Of a stretch of DNA of 64,000 bases, positions 15,056-28,647 are shown piece by piece. How positions within the stretch are numbered: the stretch's first letter is position 1; every line of letters begins with the position of its first letter. The DNA is from Lingula anatina (taxonomy: Eukaryota; Animalia; Brachiopoda), in contig CM120649.1 in the NCBI GenBank assembly GCA_051362555.1, positions 16,196,567 through 16,260,566 on the forward strand. The letters run 5' to 3'. Position numbers and translations under genes: made by a program. The notes under the pieces are model-generated. The model was not told the origin of the DNA. It ran no database searches and worked only from the letters and a program-made list of their open reading frames with translations.

Positions 15056-15531
15056 TTTGCCTTTAGGAACCAAATAGTACAACTGTGTACTGCATATAAA
15101 AATTACGACGGCTAGCGACTCTCTGTGGTAGGCCTATATCTTTATTTTAAATCTATAATACAGAAAATATCCATACCTGATGAGTAGTAGACACAGGTCA
15201 CAAACGCAAATTGACAACTTGTCCAAGGATAATTATACTATTGCAATCACTGTATATTTCAGAGCATCAACAGAGTATTAGTTATCCTTGCTTCTACGCC
15301 ATACACAACTGTACCAGATGTAGACTATGCAGTGAACTACAAAACTGCGTACAATTGGTACTGAGGTTTAGAGGAAATGGATAAGCATCTCCCAATTTGG
15401 TAGAAGATATTTGCATAATTATAGAGCAACGTCTGCTGCGTGGGGTGGACTTCAATTTGATAAGCGTTCCTTGGTCTCTGGTACTTTGACGTTGCGAATA
15501 GCTTAAGATACCGCAAACTTAAACTAGTTCT

Positions 15532-15566
<35 letters not shown>

Positions 15567-18500
15567 GGAACGTAAAAGCAATGGTCACTAAAAATATCCT
15601 TGGTATGAAAATATTCTCTCCACCAATTCTCATACGAGCCACGTCACTTGTAGCTTGAGAGAAGTAGAGAATATCGGTACTTGCGGTTCTCTGTTTGTTT
15701 GTCCGTTTTAAAAAAGCACGAATAATGTATACTGATAAGAAATGACATTCTGTATGTGGATAGCGCTGCTAAGATACACGTAATTACCATGCCCCCGCTG
15801 TAGTTAACTAGCTGAATGGATGGTCGAATTTTCTCAACTGGTTAAGATAGGAATTCAGACAAGGACATAAATATTCAGGAAACAGACGCAAGGTTGTTAG
15901 ATACCTGAGAGGTCTCACATCATCAGACGCGTCTCTTTGGAAGATGGGATAAAAAAGAGACCGGGCGGGCTTCTACTGGTATCATTAAAGTTCATATAGT
16001 GGAGTTAGACTATGTAGCTTGGTCGCTTCATGGCGTAATTTGGCTACAGGCTGACGTAAATAAATAAATTCGACCTACCGCACTTACAAACAATGTGAAG
16101 AAGGCGTTACAACAGTAAAGTTTATGTTTATTTGCCAATCTATTATTCAGAAGGGGTTTTTGGTTCAGTACGAAATGGCCCACTTTTCTGTTCGTGCTAA
16201 TTGTATTGACTGTATCAACCCTGTTAGCATTAAAAACGGCGCGTGCTTTAGAACTGCGTCACACCTGTATGTTTATTTCATTTTGATGCAACTTTGAAAT
16301 AATGTATTTTGGGGTTTTTTTTCGTTGCGTTCATTTCCTCTTTCAACAGCTTAAAAATATACTGATACCCTTAAAATTCATAGCGACGTAGCTAAGAATA
16401 AGGAATGTGCCACCTAATAAGAAACTGTAGAATAGATTAATAAAAAAGTGTGCCGTGGAGGGACTTTTACAGCCGCATACGTATTAATGGTACATGTAGT
16501 TATAAAATTTGGACCAAATAGGCGTCTATAAGGACAAGTATTGGACAAACCCCCGTTTACATTGGGCTTACGACTATTTGAAATACGATTTTGGCGTATT
16601 TTCCTCATTTCATGCTCGGCGTCAAGCCCGAAACCAACAATTTTTAAAGGGAGGGGGTTACATCTTCTGGAAAAATGGACCATTTACCATGAAAACTTCG
16701 TGTATCTAGATCAATTTTTACCCAGAGCGAACCTTTTTCCCGGCAAAAAGGGAGGTTCGTTGGAACTCCTCGAACCCCCACCCCCACCCCAAGGGTACAG
16801 GCTTGGTCACCCCGGTGTGAAATTGGCATAAATGTTTGTAATAAGGGAAATATAATGAGTTCAACCCTAATGTGACAGAAATTCCGTTGACTAAAAGAAA
16901 ACCCCAGACTGTCGTTAATTATGATACCAGTGACACCAGAACAAACAAGAGTGCTGTTTCATTTTTCTTCCCGGCTCTATTCGTGTCATAAAACACAGGT
17001 AACAAATAAACCATCACATGTTTATACTTCGTAACCCCAAAACAAACAGTATTGCGGTCTCTCGTTTGTTACAACGCGTCTGTCAAAGGGGGACTTTTCT
17101 TTCGTTATTCTTTTATCTTTATTTGTGTGCGCGTTTCCCTTTCTTTTGAAAAGAATGAGAGTTGTTATCAGAAGTGCATAAGTCTCCGTGAAGAGAACTG
17201 GATGAAACAAATGTCCCCGTTTTTGTTTGAAGTGTACTCCAGTACGTGGAAGATCTATAGACCCGATAACATCATCTGGAAATTCACCTGTTCTCGGGAG
17301 TTATATAAAATATGGTTCTGGATATAGCAGCTTATGCCTTGTTATTCTGACTAATACTTGCAACGTATTCAGGGGATTTTTATGAACGCTGTCATTTCTG
17401 ATAGGAAAAAATTCTGTGTCAGATAGAAAGTTTAAAAAACAACTTAATTAAATGATAAGAGCGTGACAAATGTATCTATCGATATTATTATTGTCAAACA
17501 GTATATTTTGAGAAAGGGAAACATTTTAACACACTGAAAATTTCATGACATCGATAAAACAAAGTTTCCCACAATCAGGGGCTTAAATTGAGAAAATATG
17601 ACATGTTAATTTTTTTGCCATTTTCTGACGCAAACCTGCCTTACATATAAATAAGGACAATGTGTTTGATTAGAAGAAATGAGCTCTCCGACGGTCGCAC
17701 ACCCGGTAAAATGGCAACTCGAAACGACGATTATTTTGCCTCAAGCTCGGTAAGGTATTGAATTATTATACGGTTTTCTTTCCCCCTGCAATCTTGATGG
17801 TTGATTTAGAATCAATTAACGAGATATTAATATACATATGTATAAGCTTTGAATTTCTTCCCATTTTTCCCCTTTTTGCAATCATTTTACATTTTACGGG
17901 CGCAGAATATTTTCATGTTGCTGGACACCTCTGTTTATGACTTTTCCTCGCTATATATTTTAATGATTTTTAACAACGGGATGCACAGAGAATAACTTTC
18001 AAACTTCAACAGCAGGTGCCATCAAAACGGCAGGGTAAACTACATATCTTTGCTGTTAAAAACGCAACGCTTACATGCAGTCAGTATCAATAACATCGGA
18101 GATCGAAATATTGGTTCCAAGTCATTACTTCGGAGATCAAAATCATAAGTTTGCGACTTCAAGTCAAAAACGGCATGACTATCAAAGAAAGTACAGAACG
18201 GCATCATATTCTTAGGGGCCATTCAGAATGGATGATCCGAGTACAAACTGATCCGCCGACTAAATATGGCCGATTACACTTCAAAAGCGATATCGCTGAT
18301 TCCCGATGGTTTCCCAGCCTCAACACGCACCAACAGATTAAACGGATTAAATCTCGCTCATGTGGAGGCGAGGATACAATCAAGGCGCTTTAGAAGTGGG
18401 GTCGGCCATATGTAGTCGGCAGATCAGTTAGTGCTCTGATCATCTATTGTGTATGGGGCCTTATACATGTACATTCCAAACGTGGTTTAATCAGTGTGAG

Positions 18501-18976
18501 TTTCGCGATTGTTCATGGCATAAACTAACTGTTCGATATCTACATGTATCTTCCCCGTTCACCCAAGTTCACTATACGAATTCATAAACTGTACTTACTG
18601 CATATACATGGTAGGTCACAAGCTTGCACTCTGTTTTATGATATTGACAAAGCCCTTTTCCTGTCTGTGTTGTAGTAACCTTCGCCGCATTCCTATGCAT
18701 AGGGATTGAAATGTTTACATTTTATTGATGGGGTTATGCGTGTGCAGCAAAGTATATTTTCGTGTTTACCTTATCTTTGTTGCAGGTTACAACGAAAAAA
18801 AAAAAAAAACGCTGGATTGTAGCCTACTTACAAATGCAGATATAGAATTAATAGTAATATTAGGCCCACTTATCTTTCTGTATCGTACTTGTAAGAAGGA
18901 ATCAGTGAGTGGTCAATTTCTCAATAGGCCTTCAGTCAGAATTTTCACAATACCCACCGATTTCTCATTTTTCTAG

Positions 18977-19615
18977 TTCCCGCACCGTCAAACCGTGCAG
19001 GATGCGAACGAACCTCCGCCTTCATACAGTGAGGTTATGGAAGGAGAGAGGAAAACCGGCTCCATTACCGCCAATGTGAACGATAACGCAGCCATGGCCC
19101 TCAACGCTGGTTTCCCTGGCGACCACCTCGAGCCCACAGCGCCACCTGACGAGGACGAGGGTGACTGTGAAGAAGGAATACCGTTTTTTCCGGGCGTACA
19201 TGTTGCTCCTTTAAACAATGACTCTCGTGACATTCACGACAGAGCGCAACAAACACGTCCCGACACAATTCCTCCAAAGAAATCTCCTCCAAAGGAAATT
19301 CCTGGCCCACTGGGAAATCCCCATCCACAGCACTATAATGCACCACTTCATGCCCAGCAGACGATGCTGACGTTCTCACCTGACTGTGAAAAGGGACTCA
19401 TTACGACACTAGCGCTCAGAAATGGTGCACAGCACCACCTATCGTTTGACGACAGAAGCTACAGTACTAGTAGCAGTTTGGGCAGCTTACAGAGTTTCAA
19501 TGGGTGCTGTAACTGCAAGAGGAAGGCAAAAATTGTGTGTACTTTGATTGGTATCGTTTGTGCTTGCATTACATTTTTTGTGTTTCTAATGCAGTTTTTG
19601 GCTCAGAAAAATTAG
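18977..19615 (+). CDS. Pro-rich tail-anchored membrane protein with PPxY and PTAP motifs (main exon)
   Basis: Acceptor ttttctag at 18976 and an open frame to TAG 19615. Contains PPPSY, PTAPP, a juxtamembrane GCCNCKRK and a C-terminal hydrophobic helix IVCTLIGIVCACITFFVFLM. A possible ATG|gtaggt first exon ends at 18610. Confidence 0.75.
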   Translation, partial: FPHRQTVQDANEPPPSYSEVMEGERKTGSITANVNDNAAMALNAGFPGDHLEPTAPPDEDEGDCEEGIPFFPGVHVAPLNNDSRDIHDRAQQTRPDTIPPKKSPPKEIPGPLGNPHPQHYNAPLHAQQTMLTFSPDCEKGLITTLALRNGAQHHLSFDDRSYSTSSSLGSLQSFNGCCNCKRKAKIVCTLIGIVCACITFFVFLMQFLAQKN

Positions 19616-20807
19616 TACACCACCAGAAGGCTGTACATGAAAATTAAACGGAGAGGAGTGGAGGACCTTTTTTGACGCCCTAGACGCCCAACGGCGTAAA
19701 GGGAGATAGTAGTAGGCCTAGAAGTAAATATTACACATAAATATAGTAGTAGTAGACACGTCAAGGTCTCATGCATATCACACATCAATGGGGTGCATTT
19801 ATTGTGATGTAACGCAAAATTTTTAAGAACATGCAGTATAAAAGACCGCCAGCGGTTTTTCTTTCACTTAAGAAGATTCCACTTTCTCACAAGTATAAAA
19901 TTAAGATTTGGCAATGTGATGTAAATAATGTAAATCGTGTGTACATAAAGGAGTTTTATTTTTTATAAATAATGTAAATCGTGTGTACATAAAGGAGTTT
20001 TATTTTTTATTTAAAGAAACACGTGTAATCCAAGAACATAAGAGAGCTGTGAAATAAACTTTACTGAGTCAATCGGTGAGTTACACAATGGATTATTTAT
20101 TTCAATATAATGTTTAAAATCATTATGTGATCTCGTTACTCATTTCTTAAAAAATGAGCTAAGTGATGTAAAAAAAATCATGCATTTATGTGTAATTCAT
20201 TCATCTTGACTTTAAAAAGTATGCAGTGGAATTTCGCGAAAAAGTCCAGAAATGAAACGATGTAAACCAGGCTTCTATTGTCTCTAATTTGTTTTATACC
20301 TTTTATACTTCATAGTGTAATTACATTTATGTTTTTAAACTATTAAACTAGTTCTAAAACGAATTTTGTGCATTTTACTGAATGTATACTGGGTGAGAGT
20401 TGATATCTGTCAGGTCTGCAAAACATTGGTCACTGATACCCTCCCATAGAGACATCTAGTAACACATTATTGATCAAGCATTCAACATCATGTGCTGTTA
20501 AGTCGCGTTAAGCGTCTTCAGATTTCAAAGTGCTGTAGACAGATCAGTCGAGTCCTGAAAAATATGAGAAAATTTGTTAAGTCTATTGTAATCTTGATTA
20601 CAATCATTTTTTTTATTTAAAATAAGATCTATTTTTATCTAATGAAAACTTAGAAATCTAGACCAATTTTTAAAAGATTTGTCTTTTTTTTCTTTAAACT
20701 ACTTTTGATTCGATTTTTGAAATATTACAAGTATAGTATCTAAATCACTTAATAAATCATGCACGCTTAAAATTTTTTGGTGTGTAATATTCACCTTCAC
20801 GGCACAT

Positions 20808-23800
20808 TTAACATTCCAGGCGGAGCAGTCTCTTCATTGCGGTAGAGGAGATCTCATTCATCACATCTGACACATCCTCACCACATTCTTCGTATACGTT
20901 GGCAACGCAGTCCGCGTAACTGTCGACCCCTCTGGAATTATGCAGAAAACATCAGTTTCATAATTCTTTTAACATTATTTTTCAACTAGATGTCGCAAAT
21001 AACTATATAATTGTTAAATTTGTTTGCAAGGAGTTAAATGTCCACTAGCACCAGTTACACAGATTTCGAAAAAAAGCTCTAGGTAATTAATGCGCTGAAC
21101 CACGAGTCACATGATATATAGGGGCCTACTGTCTACAAACAGATTCAGATTGTCATCAGACAGTAAAAGCTGGCTATTAGAGAGAACAGTGTTCAGCAGC
21201 AAAGTAGAACAAAATGCTATTAGGCCCCTATATCATTTAAATAAGCATTGGTTCAATTAACAGACGCAGATCCATGATAACAAGATGCAGCAGAAAGCGA
21301 TTTGCACATCCATCCTAACTGCAACCATTTTCCTCACCTGTACCAAGCAGTTGTAACAACTTTTTGAAAATATCTAGCAAACAAATGCATTGTAGGTGCT
21401 TGTAAAGAATGGAAATCGACTCACTCGCAAATAGTTTCTCGGCTCACAAGTCCAAACAGGCTCATGGCGATTTTGACCCCTAATCCGGCCGCCTGTCGCT
21501 TACACACCCTCAGCGCCTCTACGTTAGTCTTCGTCACTTCTTTCAGACACACCAAGTGGTTCAAATACACTAGAAATCATAGAATAAGGAAAGAAAATCA
21601 ATAAATGGACAATGGACGTAAGAGTGCTAATTGCTCCGTTTCAAATCTGGGTATATTACAAATATAACCTAAGATAGTAGGCCTACTACAGTATGATAGT
21701 AACCAGTAACGAGAATGCATTTTTGGCAGTCTATTTAAGTTTTTGGGCAATTCTTTATGTTGTTTTCTTGTGGATGTTTACTTTTTTCTTAATGATAATC
21801 ATCATGTAAGCAAGAACTGATAAGTTTACAACACGATCATTTGGAACGAAGTACACAGGATGACTTATGCTTTGACTCAGGATGAGATGTCTGAAAAAAA
21901 TCAGAAACAAAAATAAAAAGGGGACGCCCAGGTATTTACCGCCCATCTTGGGGCCGCATATGACTCCAAATGTCGCCTCCAGTCCGTCCAGCAGCTTGCC
22001 GTAGAGGAATCCGGGGCGTTGCGGCAGACAGCGCTCCTTCAAGTCTGAGAAACACTCTCTCATCTCTCCAAACAACCTGAACGATATAAAAAATCACCTG
22101 ACCGTGACCATGTTCGAACTTGACATGCCAGTCAATGAGTGATCACCATGTTTTCGGAGCGAACGAAAACATTACTTTTTTCAGTTATTGCGGCAACATG
22201 GTAGATACAAGAGAGAGAGAAAGAGACCTATAATTTTTTTAACTCTATAAGAAAATAAGTACAATTTGATAAAGAACTAATTACGTATCTCACTCACTCA
22301 ACCTCACGCACATCAACAGCTATGAAATGTTCTGATGATTTTACCATAAACTACAAACATCAGTTAAAACGACAGTAAACTCTAGGTCTTTTCATTAATC
22401 TCTCATCACTATTATTCAGTACTTATTTTTTCAATACATAGATGCCAACGACATACCCACACGACGCCTCTACGTAATCACGCCTGGTGGTCGGCAGTTC
22501 CTCCCTCCCCATGTCTCTCCCCGAGGTGAACAGGCTGATTCCCTTCTCCTGTGCCCACTGTATAAGGGGGTTCATACAGTCAAGCACCTGCCGGCCTCGG
22601 CAGGGGGCCAATGGCGCCTCGGTCACGACCATTGGCGCCTCGGTCACGACTGGTTCTCCATCGAGTTCGTCGTCAAATTCCACGACTGTTTCTCCCACGG
22701 GTTCATCTAAAATATTCACATTATTATGTATGGTTATATAATACACTATCTAACATAGAAATAGGAATAAATGCCGTATGGCTGGGAAAGATGAACATTT
22801 TCTACGCCTGTAAGTACTTCATCATGAAAATGTTTGTGTTGATATTTAACGAAAACAAGAGAGAGGCACGCACTGGGCAATGACCATACCCGAAATAAAT
22901 TCCTTCATTCATAGACACCCTGTGTTTCAGAATGCTAAACTGTAACAACTTTCGTCTGCTATATACAATAGAGGAGAGTCTCCTATCTGACTTTCAAACT
23001 CGGGGTGAGTATACTGTTTTTTCCCGAGCTCCCCGGCAGCAGTCTCTAAAAACCAAATAGTGTTTTGCCTCTTCTCGTACATGCACCTTTGCCTTATTTA
23101 TATTTGGTTCCTTTTTTGCCATTGCCTTAAGTCGTAGTTTCTGTGATATTATAAAGAAGTTCTTGCAACTAAACAACACAAACCCCTAAAACCAAACAAC
23201 TCTCTTGGATACGGATTCCTCAAAAATACGTGGAATTAAAACCACGTGTGATAACATTGTCAGGACGGAAGGCGTTAAACCCTGACAAACACCAACAGGA
23301 TCACACAGCAGGAAAGAATAACCCTGAAGAGAAAGCTGATGGTCAAAATCTGGCACAAGGGCTCCGTTTCTTGACCCGGACGTCCTGCAGAATTTCAGAA
23401 AGAGGGACGCAGACCATCTCTCAATTTAATTGCATTTGAACCGCCTTTCACAGTGAAAACAATTCCCAGCCCAGCCATACAGAAACTGTTCTGATTCAAA
23501 AGGGAAACACATGCTCTCTTTACTCGTTTATTTTGTATTCTATGATTTTTTACCTGTAATTACTTTCAATCTGATTTTACCTTACATGTCAAGACGGAAT
23601 CGATGAACAGTTCAGTTAATAATTAAAAATCTAGAAGGGTCACTTATTGTTTAACTATTCATTTATTCAAGGCTCTTATTCACTGCTAGTGGATAGCAGC
23701 ATCAGCGACCAGAGGGCTTAAAACCGATTTTATCCTTGTTTCGCGCTTTCATTTTGGTAGAGACTGAAAAGTTTGCTTTGCACTTCAAAGCATCACCATG

Positions 23801-24094
23801 TGATTGGAAAACGTTAGCTGTCAGCTCACATACTTTTACACGTATCAAAACTGTTGCAGAAATCTACGTAAAGTTGTGATTAAATATACCAGCATTTCCA
23901 TCAACATCAACGGAACTCTGACTGGTAATTTTTTACAAAACCGCACAAAATTAGAGCTGTAAGACGCCCGTTTAGCCTCTGCAAGTTCCCAAGAATTTGA
24001 ATATTATATTAAATCCATGTAAACCCAACTTACCATCGGCGTAACACGCAGTAAGAAAGACTGCGAACAGAGCGAGAGCAACGTTTATCTTCAT
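20808..24094 (-). CDS. Secreted Cys-rich helical protein, DUF19/T20D4.11-like, 238 aa
   Basis: Five phase-compatible exons: 24094-24034 (signal peptide MKINVALALFAVFLTACYA), 22706-22457, 22076-21940, 21569-21425 and 20931-20808. Cys pattern includes C..DC, EC...RC, VIC, HLVCL and DCV...ECG. The family name is from pattern recall. Confidence 0.82.
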
Positions 24095-26396
24095 CCTCTT
24101 ACAGTTCAGCCTTCTTGCAGAATGGTATTCCCACTCCAGCGTTCTTTGTGTTTGTCCGTTCCTATGCCTGTGCCTTACCCTCCTTCACACTGTTCCATAT
24201 TCCGGGCCTTACTTTCATTTATTGCACTTATGTTTTTGAAATTGCCCAAAATCACTTTTAGATAGTATCATTTCAGATCGATGATTCAAAAATCTCAATA
24301 AACATTCTTCGCAATGATGTTTTGTCCAAATTGGTCGACAATTATCAGTTAATAAAGCGCCGGACTATGTTTCTTTCTTGAGCTATGATTTAACATCCGC
24401 TTTCAGAGGCTCTTAGCTTCATGCCAGGAAGGCCATCGAAACCAGATCTCTGCGCACGTGTTCAGCCATCATGAATTATTTATTTATTTTCAGGTCGCAT
24501 CCAAACATCTTACGTAATCAAAAGGGGGATCGTTGATCTATTACGTCCACATTATCCCAAACTGCTATAAATAAGAAAATGTGATGTATAAATTACCACT
24601 GCATTCAAGGCTATTTTGAAACCTCAAGACACGTTGCCGCACACTCAGGTTCACAGGCGTATAGACTATAGAAAGATACGTGTGGAAAAGCCACCCTGGA
24701 CTTAAAAGAAAACGGCGAAGGCAGACAGTTACAATTACACGGACAGTGAAGTACAAAGGAGAGACTACATTGAACTCTGAAACTTTTTTTTTGGGGGGGG
24801 GGGAGGAGAAGAGGAGTCTCTGTGCAATTAAGTTAGACCGATTTTCAATCAATTAAACTACCTTTTTTACACAGGTTAAGAGTCAGGTCGTTAATTTTAT
24901 CGTAAAAAAAGTAAAACTCATCAAAACACATTCTAATTTGACTTGTTGCTTTGCGGCCTGATACATATACTGAGTAGCAAGTCTGAATTGTTCGCCCGTA
25001 AAGTGTTGATCTAATAGTAGACCACGTGTGTCCCTGGTACTGGGTCCCACCACTGTAAACAATATAATTTAATTTAATTTATTTATTTATTAACGTGACA
25101 TGTGAGATCCTCACCCGGCCTCATGGGCCTACAAGTCACCGTACTATATAATACTACAATATATCAGAAACATAGAATAATAATAATAGTAAAAAAAAAA
25201 ATAAAAAAAAAATAAAAATAATAAAAATAATAACAATATTTAACAATGATAACAGATATGGTGGCCCCAAACGTCCCAAACCTTATTTCCCCCCTTGATA
25301 AGTTACTTCTATAGAACTTTTTTTACCTCAAGTTGAGTAGTCCTACCTACCCTCTAATTTCAGGGTAAAAACACTTAAATATATATATATATTTTAAAAA
25401 TAATTTCAACATTTGAGTGGAAGAACCTCCACTCAACCTATACTGAAACATTCATTGTGCTCTGTGCGCACTTAACTAATTCGCAGTACTTCCTTTATTG
25501 CGGTAGAGGTGAAAATTTTTGTGAAACAAGGCGTTGCACCCCTCCCCAGTCTTAAATGGGACACGAAGGTCAAGATTCACCCTCTGACCTCGTTACAACC
25601 TTTTAGGTTTATTGACTCCATTATGGTATTGTCAAATCCGAAGAGGTCTTATATAACCACCATTATAGGAATCAGCAGCGGAGATAATCGAGAGCTACAT
25701 TGGACTATAGGAGTTTCCATACCATTTAACTGCAGACAGTTCGATGGAGCTGAAGTCCTTACTAGTACAGCATGATTGATACAAGTGTGTGTGATATAAA
25801 GTACATGTAATTAATAGTTAAAACTGGGGAGACACACTTTTACGAAGCCACACTTACGAGGGAGTATTTATTATATACCTGTACTTATTTACCTCCGTAT
25901 TAATATCTGTACCGTAGGGCTAATTTTGAGTTTGTTCACGCACCTTAGTTGTATTTCAAAGAATACATGAATAATATAACCGACTACAGAAAAAAAGGAT
26001 ACATTGAGGGGTGTGAGGATAATGATTCTAATATTGCCTAATACACGCTATCGTGTACTATATAAATAACCGGCTCCACACTGGAAAAGCTGTCATCAAA
26101 TTTATACCTTCTAGGGTTTTCTTTGTCATTTCAAATAATAATTTTAGTGTCCCATTTAAAAATAATTTCGAATAAAATGTCATTCTATTTAACATTTATC
26201 AGCTGCGTGATACTCAGTACATATCAGAGACGTACCATGTACAGGGTACGAACATAATTGTATTTTGTCAACATAGGCCTACCAGTACATCACGCATATG
26301 GTTTGGCCGGCTATAGAAAAGTTATGTCAGGTCACCAGTTTGTTGGAATGTAACGAATCTTGTGTGGAACTATGCAGTGGTTACACGCACCAATTA

Positions 26397-28058
26397 CAGG
26401 GTTACCACTTAATATGGAATATTTTTTATCATTGTTATTTTTGAGTGCTGATTAATTATTTTTTGGCTTGAGTCATTAAAACAGTATGTCACTGAGTGAT
26501 AATAACATCCAGTCTTCTGTTGTGAGATATTTTGGTCAATAATATTAAATCTGACATAAGGTGCTATTCAAAAGAAAGGAACACCCCCAGAAAACCATAT
26601 CAACAGTTTGATGCCAGTATAAACTTTAAGATAAGATATTTAAAAAAATGATAGCCTCCGGACAGTGATATGTTACACAGTCAAAGAACTCACTACAGTA
26701 AATCATGAAAAGTCAGTAATTGCGGGTATTACCTCCAGCAGCCGCTTGCAGCGCCCTCATCCTACATGGCATATCCTGTGACACGTTTTTTAGAGTTTGG
26801 GTGGGGATATCATTCCACGCAGTGATATTTGCCTGTCGCAGTTCATCACTATTTACCGGCCGAGGACCATAGCTATTAATTCTGTGAGTTACTTCCGCCC
26901 ACATATTTTCAATTGGGTTCATATCTGGAGAGTTTGCAGGCCAGGGCAGTTGTTGAACCCATTGGTTTTGAAGAAAAACAGTGATTCTGCGGCCTCGATG
27001 TGGGGTTGCGCAGTCGTCTTGGTACACAAAGTTGTTCCTGAAGATGAATCTTAGCAATCGAAGCATTGTTTGCTGTAGAATGTCTCTGTAGGAATCCTGG
27101 ATGAGGTTGCCTCCTAGAAAAATCAACTGGTTCTGGGCACCGACATGAAATACTCCCCAAACAGAGACGTTACCATCCCCTGCTTGCACCCTAGGCAGTA
27201 CACAATAATTGTTTTATGCCCCTCGTACACGTCGGTGGATACGGATTCGACGATCAACCCTAAAAAACCCATATCTGGCCTTATCACTGAAAACAACGTG
27301 ATTCCAGTGTTTTGGCTGCAAACGCACGTGGTCCCCAGCCCTTTGCAGACGTCGCTGTATATGACCTGCTGTTAACAGTGGTTTCCCTACTGGTCTTCGT
27401 GCAAAATAACCGGGTTGCAGAAATCTCTTGTTCACGTGGGACCTTGAAACGGGCGTTTGAATGACATTCTGTCTCTCTTTTCTGAGGACACTGGTTGTTT
27501 TTGTACGACCAGCACGGCGTCCACTAAGGAGAAGGCGATCCTGTCTTCTTGGTGTGATACGTGGACACCCTGGTCGAGGTATTGGAGTAGGTGCCACTAC
27601 TGTAGCAGCATTTCTTTGGAGGACTTCACAAACGGTTCCTGATAAATGTTGTATTACCAGGCAATGGCTGTCCGTTTCTGGCCATTTTCTCTGAGAGCAA
27701 GAATCCCATAGTAAGCTGCGTTGCTTTGCTGTCGAACCATTTCTTCACTAAGATACCTGTCAAGTTTCAGAGCGATCCCGTTGTTGCTTCTCTAAACACG
27801 CTCCAAAGATTGACCAAACCCATGCGTTTTTATACAAGGGCAGAAATTGCCGAAAAGGCCACCTCTCAAATTTCTGACCACAGAACATGCAACTGCATGC
27901 ATCAATTGTTTCGAGAGTTGTGTGGTAATTAGGTAACACATCTGGCTACACATGGAGTGACACCTCAGCTTTGGATTTAAAGTAGTTAGAGAGAAATTAA
28001 ATATTTTGTAGAAAATTTATTCGCCAAAAAAAATATTCCATATTAAGTGGTAACCCTG
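26397..28058 (-). mobile_element. Tc1-family DNA transposon (DD34E), full length but inactive
   Basis: TIR CAGGGTTACCACTTAATATGGAATATTTT at both ends, TA target duplication, 1662 bp. Confidence 0.95.
26713..27740 (-). pseudogene. Tc1 transposase with a stop codon and frameshifts
   Basis: Fragments from ATG 27740 (MVRQQ...), ORF 27214-27597 (PRPG.PR.T, KPLLT, W..VVFSD) and ORF 26713-27189 (VWG, YQDDCATPH, WPANSPDMNPIE). 34 residues separate the second D and the E. Confidence 0.92.
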
Positions 28059-28432
28059 TATATCTGAATATTTTTAGCCCAGAGAAACATAAAAACATAT
28101 GATGGAGTATTATATTGGATAGTTAATGTGTAGGAGTGCTACGCATCCTGTTTTATATGTTTTTTATTCTAATTTAAAGATAAATATGTAATAAAATAAT
28201 GAGAAGGAATGAGCAACCACACAGTCCACTCACTGAGTAAAGCATATAATGTGATTATGGTGTGAAAATCTCGCTTAGTTGGCACATGCTGGCTGGAAAA
28301 ATTTAAGACCACGAGCGAATTCAGCGGTGTCTCTGAGAGGGTAAATAGACGCATTACACAACTGTCAGAGGATATGTGTACATGTGCATGTACGGGTACT
28401 TGGTATTACAAGAATAGCACACGTGTGTCATA

Positions 28433-28647
28433 GAGTGCATTCCCATAGATTTAGATCGATCCATCTAGATCGACCTAACTCCCTGGGGGTTCACGCTAAA
28501 TTGCTGTCAGGCCAGCGCGCACGGTAGTTAATTACCCCCTTACAGCTTTTAGTAGGCGGGACAAGCATTTAAGCTGGCTAAGCTCACAGTAATCTAGTGA
28601 CACTCCCCACAGGGATAGATCGATCTAAAATATGTGGGAATGGGGTC
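28433..28647. mobile_element. MITE family A copy
   Basis: ata|GAGTGCATTCCC...GGGAATGGGGTC|ata, 215 bp, homologous to 3911-4125. Confidence 0.85.

Noticed and set aside
16860-18400. Possible decayed transposon, or a first exon (ATG 17711...gtaagg) for the 18977 gene
   Set aside because: No TIR, TSD or coding homology that I can support. A closer ATG|gt at 18608-18610 fits equally well.
19923-20012. About 44-bp tandem duplication
   Set aside because: Ordinary slippage duplication between two convergent genes.
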